Source of the DNA: Podarcis melisellensis
Lineage: Eukaryota
Length of the DNA: 64,000 bases
NCBI GenBank assembly: GCA_964234715.1
Contig: OZ174281.1
Strand: one strand, 5' to 3'
The translations under genes were made by a program, and so were the position numbers. A model generated the notes under the pieces. That model had not been told where the DNA came from. It searched no databases and saw only the letters and a program-made list of their open reading frames with translations. This document shows, piece after piece, positions 60,288 to 64,000 of this stretch (its first letter is position 1; each line of letters begins with the position of its first letter).

Positions 60288-61075
60288 TACTTTCAAAATA
60301 TGTTTGATAAAGTACCTCACCAAAGACTCCTGATTGAGCTTAGTAGTCAAGGAATAAGAGGGAAGGTTCTCTTATGGACCAGTAACTGGTTAAGAAACAG
60401 GAAGCAGAGAGCAAGAATAAATTGACAGTTCTCTCAGTGGAGCGAAGTCGAAAGTGGAGTCCCTCACAATGTAAATAAGTGTAAAGTGATGCATGTTGGG
60501 GCAAAAAGTATTAGTTTCACATATACATATATGGGACCTGAACGGCAGTGTGTAACCAGGCACAGGACCTTGGACAGCTCAATGAAGGTGTTGCTCCATT
60601 GAGTGGTAACTGTGAAAAAGGCAAATGCCATGCTGGAGATCATTAGGTAAGGAATTGAAAATAAAACTGCCAATATAGTCCCATTAAACAAATCTATGGT
60701 ATGACCACACTTGGAGTTCTGTGTACAGTTCTGGTTGCCTTACCTCAAAAAGGATACTGTACAGTCAGAAAAAGTTCAGAAAGGTGCAATCAAAATGATC
60801 AAGGGAGTGGAGTAACTCCCATATGAGGAAAGGATACAACTTTGAGGACATTTTTGTTGTTGTTGTTGTTTAGTTGTTTAGTCATGTCCGACTCTTCGTG
60901 ACCCCATGGATCAGAGCATGAAAGGCACTCCTGTCTTCCACTGCCTCCCGCAGTTTGGTCAGACTCATGTTGGTAGCTTCAAGAACATTTTAGTTTAGAG
61001 TAAGAGAAAGCAAGTAGAGGTGTGTACACACTTGAATTTCAATGATCTTTAATGTTGAAAGATTCAAGAGAAGTA
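60288..61075 (+). mobile_element. CR1 ORF2 (RT) relic with internal deletions
   Basis: FDKVPHQRLL..LSSQGIRGKVLLW..NWL.NRKQR..INxQFSQW..V.SGVP; NVNKCKVMHVG; HLEFCVQFWLPYLKKD..EKVQK.A.KMIKG. Confidence 0.9.
60855..60984 (-). mobile_element. RTE-BovB LINE 3' end nested in CR1
   Basis: (GTT)n, TTTAGTCATGTCCGACTCTTCGTGACCCCATGGA..CTCCCGCAGTTTGGTCAGACTCATG; TSD ACATTTT. Confidence 0.88.
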
Positions 61076-61420
61076 AAAAACCCCGAGTGGTTTCCCCACA
61101 ACCATTCATCTTTGTGGAATAAAACAGATGCAAACCTCCTCTATATAGGGCAAATTGCAATCCTCTATGGAAATCTGATGGTACGAAGAAAAGTGGTAAC
61201 TTCTCATCATAAGGGAGGTGGTATGTGAAATGATACAGGATAAGATTGGTCTAGAAAATCTATACTGGAATAAGTCAGAATGAAACAGAATCAACCATGC
61301 GAAAAATAAAAAATAAACAATTGACCCAAATGTTTGTCAACTATCCACATAATACTTGTGCAAGAAAATCAGAGTGCACCTTCTCTCCAGAAGGCCAAAG
61401 CAATCAATGTTACATTGAAC

Positions 61421-61546
61421 TGCCTTTCATCATGCACATAACTTTCTCATTTGAGCTTCTGGTTGCATAGATTTGATTGCATGTGCCTTTCATCATGCAC
61501 ATAACTTTCTCATTTGAGCTTCTGGTTGCATAGATTTGATTGCATG
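61421..61546. repeat. Perfect 63-bp tandem duplication
   Basis: TGCCTTTCATCATGCAC...GATTTGATTGCATG x2. Confidence 0.95.
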
Positions 61547-62799
61547 TGTCTATATCATCATTTTTTAAAAAAAATAATACTACTGTGGCGGCCCACACAT
61601 ATCAACAATTTGTTCTACACTCCCCCACACATGCACACATACTTTGGGAGAGTGCTATTGCTTTGAGTTAAAATTCACCCATGAAAATGAATCTGGGCAC
61701 ATCTGTGGGCCTTTTTTTTTCCTATACACCTCTCCCCGCCCCCCCTTTTTTTTTGCAGCACTCCTAACCAAATCACAGAGGTCTCCATCACAATTCAATG
61801 GACCTGCTCAACCTATTTTACCTCAAGCAATAACATTGCTTAAAGATTCTGATATTTATTTCCTTTCCAGCTGCTGTTGTACCAGTGCATTCCACTACAT
61901 GTATTACGTACTTTCATGGGACTATAATTTTCACTTCCTTATCATGTGGGACATGGTTAATACAGGTTTTCTTTTCTTTTCTTCAGCTGTTAAAACTGTA
62001 GGTCATTTGGCATGCAGAAACACTATTCAATTGATGTTCATTTTTTAAAGTGCAATCTGTATGCACATTGTTGGGTGGGTTGTTTTTTCTTTTCTTTTCA
62101 GGAAGAGAACACCCATCTATTTGACAAACTGGTGAAATGAATCCCATTTTAATCAAGTTAAGATCTCACATACAGCCATGGTCCAAATTTCATTGTGCTT
62201 ACTATATCTGTCACATATCCCAAAGCATTCTGGTGTATGTAATTCCTAGGAAAGTAGTTCTTTTGGCAGATTAAGGAAACAGTTTGTTTTTGCCTTGGGC
62301 CATTAATATTTTAATAAAATGGTCGTCAGTGATAACAAATCATCCTTAGGCAACTTTATCTATTATTAACCTTATTAAATAACACATTTATTTTTGCTGG
62401 CAAACAGATTTTTCAGCCTCAGCAACAGAGTGTCTCTTTTAATGTTTCTGCTCAAGTTACATAGCTTGCATTTGCTAAATTGTAATTACAAGCTTATTTT
62501 GCTTTAACTATGAGCTGTAAATAACTTTATGCTTCATGTAATTTGCAAAAGTTGTGGATTAGGAAAAGGAACCTTTGGGGTGGCTTCTATATTGCTGCAG
62601 TGTGTTTACTAAAATATTCTGTAACTTTAAATACCATCAGCAGTGCAAATAACAAAATTAATGTTTCAGCCAACAAAATCATATGGCTTATCAATAAAAT
62701 AATATCAGATGGTATCTGCAAGAGACCCTCTCCTGCAGAGTGAATTGATCACTTCATTGGCATGTAAGTGGTTGGTAAGACGATCTATTAAGTACTGTA

Positions 62800-62980
62800 T
62801 TATTGCCCTAAGCTGCATAGGACTTTGTACACCAATAGCAGCATTTTGAATATTCCGTCCCAGTGAGCAGTCCATTTGTTGCCTGTTGCGCTAGCTGCAA
62901 CTTCCAGACCAACCTCAGAGGCAGCTCAACATTGAGCATATTGCAGTAGCCCATTCTGGAGGTTACCAACACATGGAAGA
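62800..62980 (-). mobile_element. L2 ORF2 relic (antisense)
   Basis: Reverse translation HVLVTSRMGYCNMLNVELPLRLVWKLQLAQQAT..LLTG (SRLDYCN..LQLVQN motif). Confidence 0.8.
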
Positions 62981-64000
62981 ACAACAGTTATCAGGCAGAT
63001 TGAGCTCTGCGGTGCTGGAGAGGGTGCACTTCAAAATCCACAGTCTCACTGTTCCACAACACAATAAGGACTCTAAAGGGTTGCTTGCTCAGTCCACTGG
63101 AAGTACCCCAAGAGTATTACAGGAGTACTTGAATCTATGCAAATTCATTCCAGCACTGCTCCACTTTATAAACTACAAATGGGCATATTCACCTCCAGTT
63201 AATCCATTTTCTATTTTACATGAGTACAGAAGCACGTAAAGAAGAGGTTACACTTGCTGAGAGACAAGAACCATCCATTTCTGCGTGGAATACAAGAGTG
63301 ATGTGGTTTGCCTAATTGTCCCATTAACCTGTACCTAAAGATCCAATTATTCCCACTGTGGCTGCTTGAATTAAAGTTACTGTAATACATAATAACAAAG
63401 AAGGATCTCTTATCTCAAGACAATTTGCTTAGCTCGTGTGCACATCTGCCTTTTCCCTTCAAACGCATTAGGTCATCCATCACAAAACACTTATATTTCC
63501 AGTTAGTTAATACAATTATGCCACGTTGAACTGGTATTAAGAATAACAATTCCTTGATCACTAAACAAATAATCACTAACCTTGTTTTAATGTATATGAT
63601 ATTTTTCACAACTTTGAGAACTTTTATACAGCAAGTGGTCTTTAAATTTATTAAGCAAGCAAACACCGAAGTTCAGGGGTAGGGTATAATTGTATTTATT
63701 CAATGGATAATATCCAATGTTAGTTATATTTAGAGTGGATCCATTGTAAACAATAGACTTGTATCTTACTACTCTGAGCATGATTAACATTGGACGTCAG
63801 TCAATATATTTATTCCCCACTTTTCAGAACAAACCATCTCAAGGCGGTTTTCAAAACAGATTATCCAAACAAGAAAAACCATTAAAAGTATTGTTAAAAC
63901 ACATTTACATCTGAAGAACCTCGCATGCCTCCATGTCCAGTCCAGTCCTGTGCTCAATTTTTCTTCCTTCAACCGCCACTTACAGTCGGGAGGCTCCTGT

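Overview
Non-coding, repeat-rich vertebrate genomic DNA, almost certainly from a squamate reptile. Sauria SINEs, Squam3-like SINEs, BovB, L2, CR1 and squamate-type L1 remnants point to a lizard, probably a lacertid (inference). I could not support any host protein-coding exon; the window looks like a large intron or gene desert, and the listed ORFs are chance ORFs or transposon remnants. Main contents: nine Tc1/mariner (Tigger/pogo-like) MITEs with CAGTGG termini, several hAT and PIF/Harbinger MITEs, a hAT-Charlie/Buster transposase relic, two solo LTRs with exact 5-bp TSDs, and several multi-layer nested insertions with readable TSDs. Unique intervals carry candidate enhancer motifs (paired octamers, an RFX X-box, Hox/Fox clusters). 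The most striking feature is a near-perfect 471-bp palindrome (47260-47730) of Penelope-like pseudo-LTR sequence. It carries a minimal hammerhead ribozyme on each strand and a second nested hairpin at its centre, and it sits next to a 168-nt assembly gap. Family names come from recognition, not database search.
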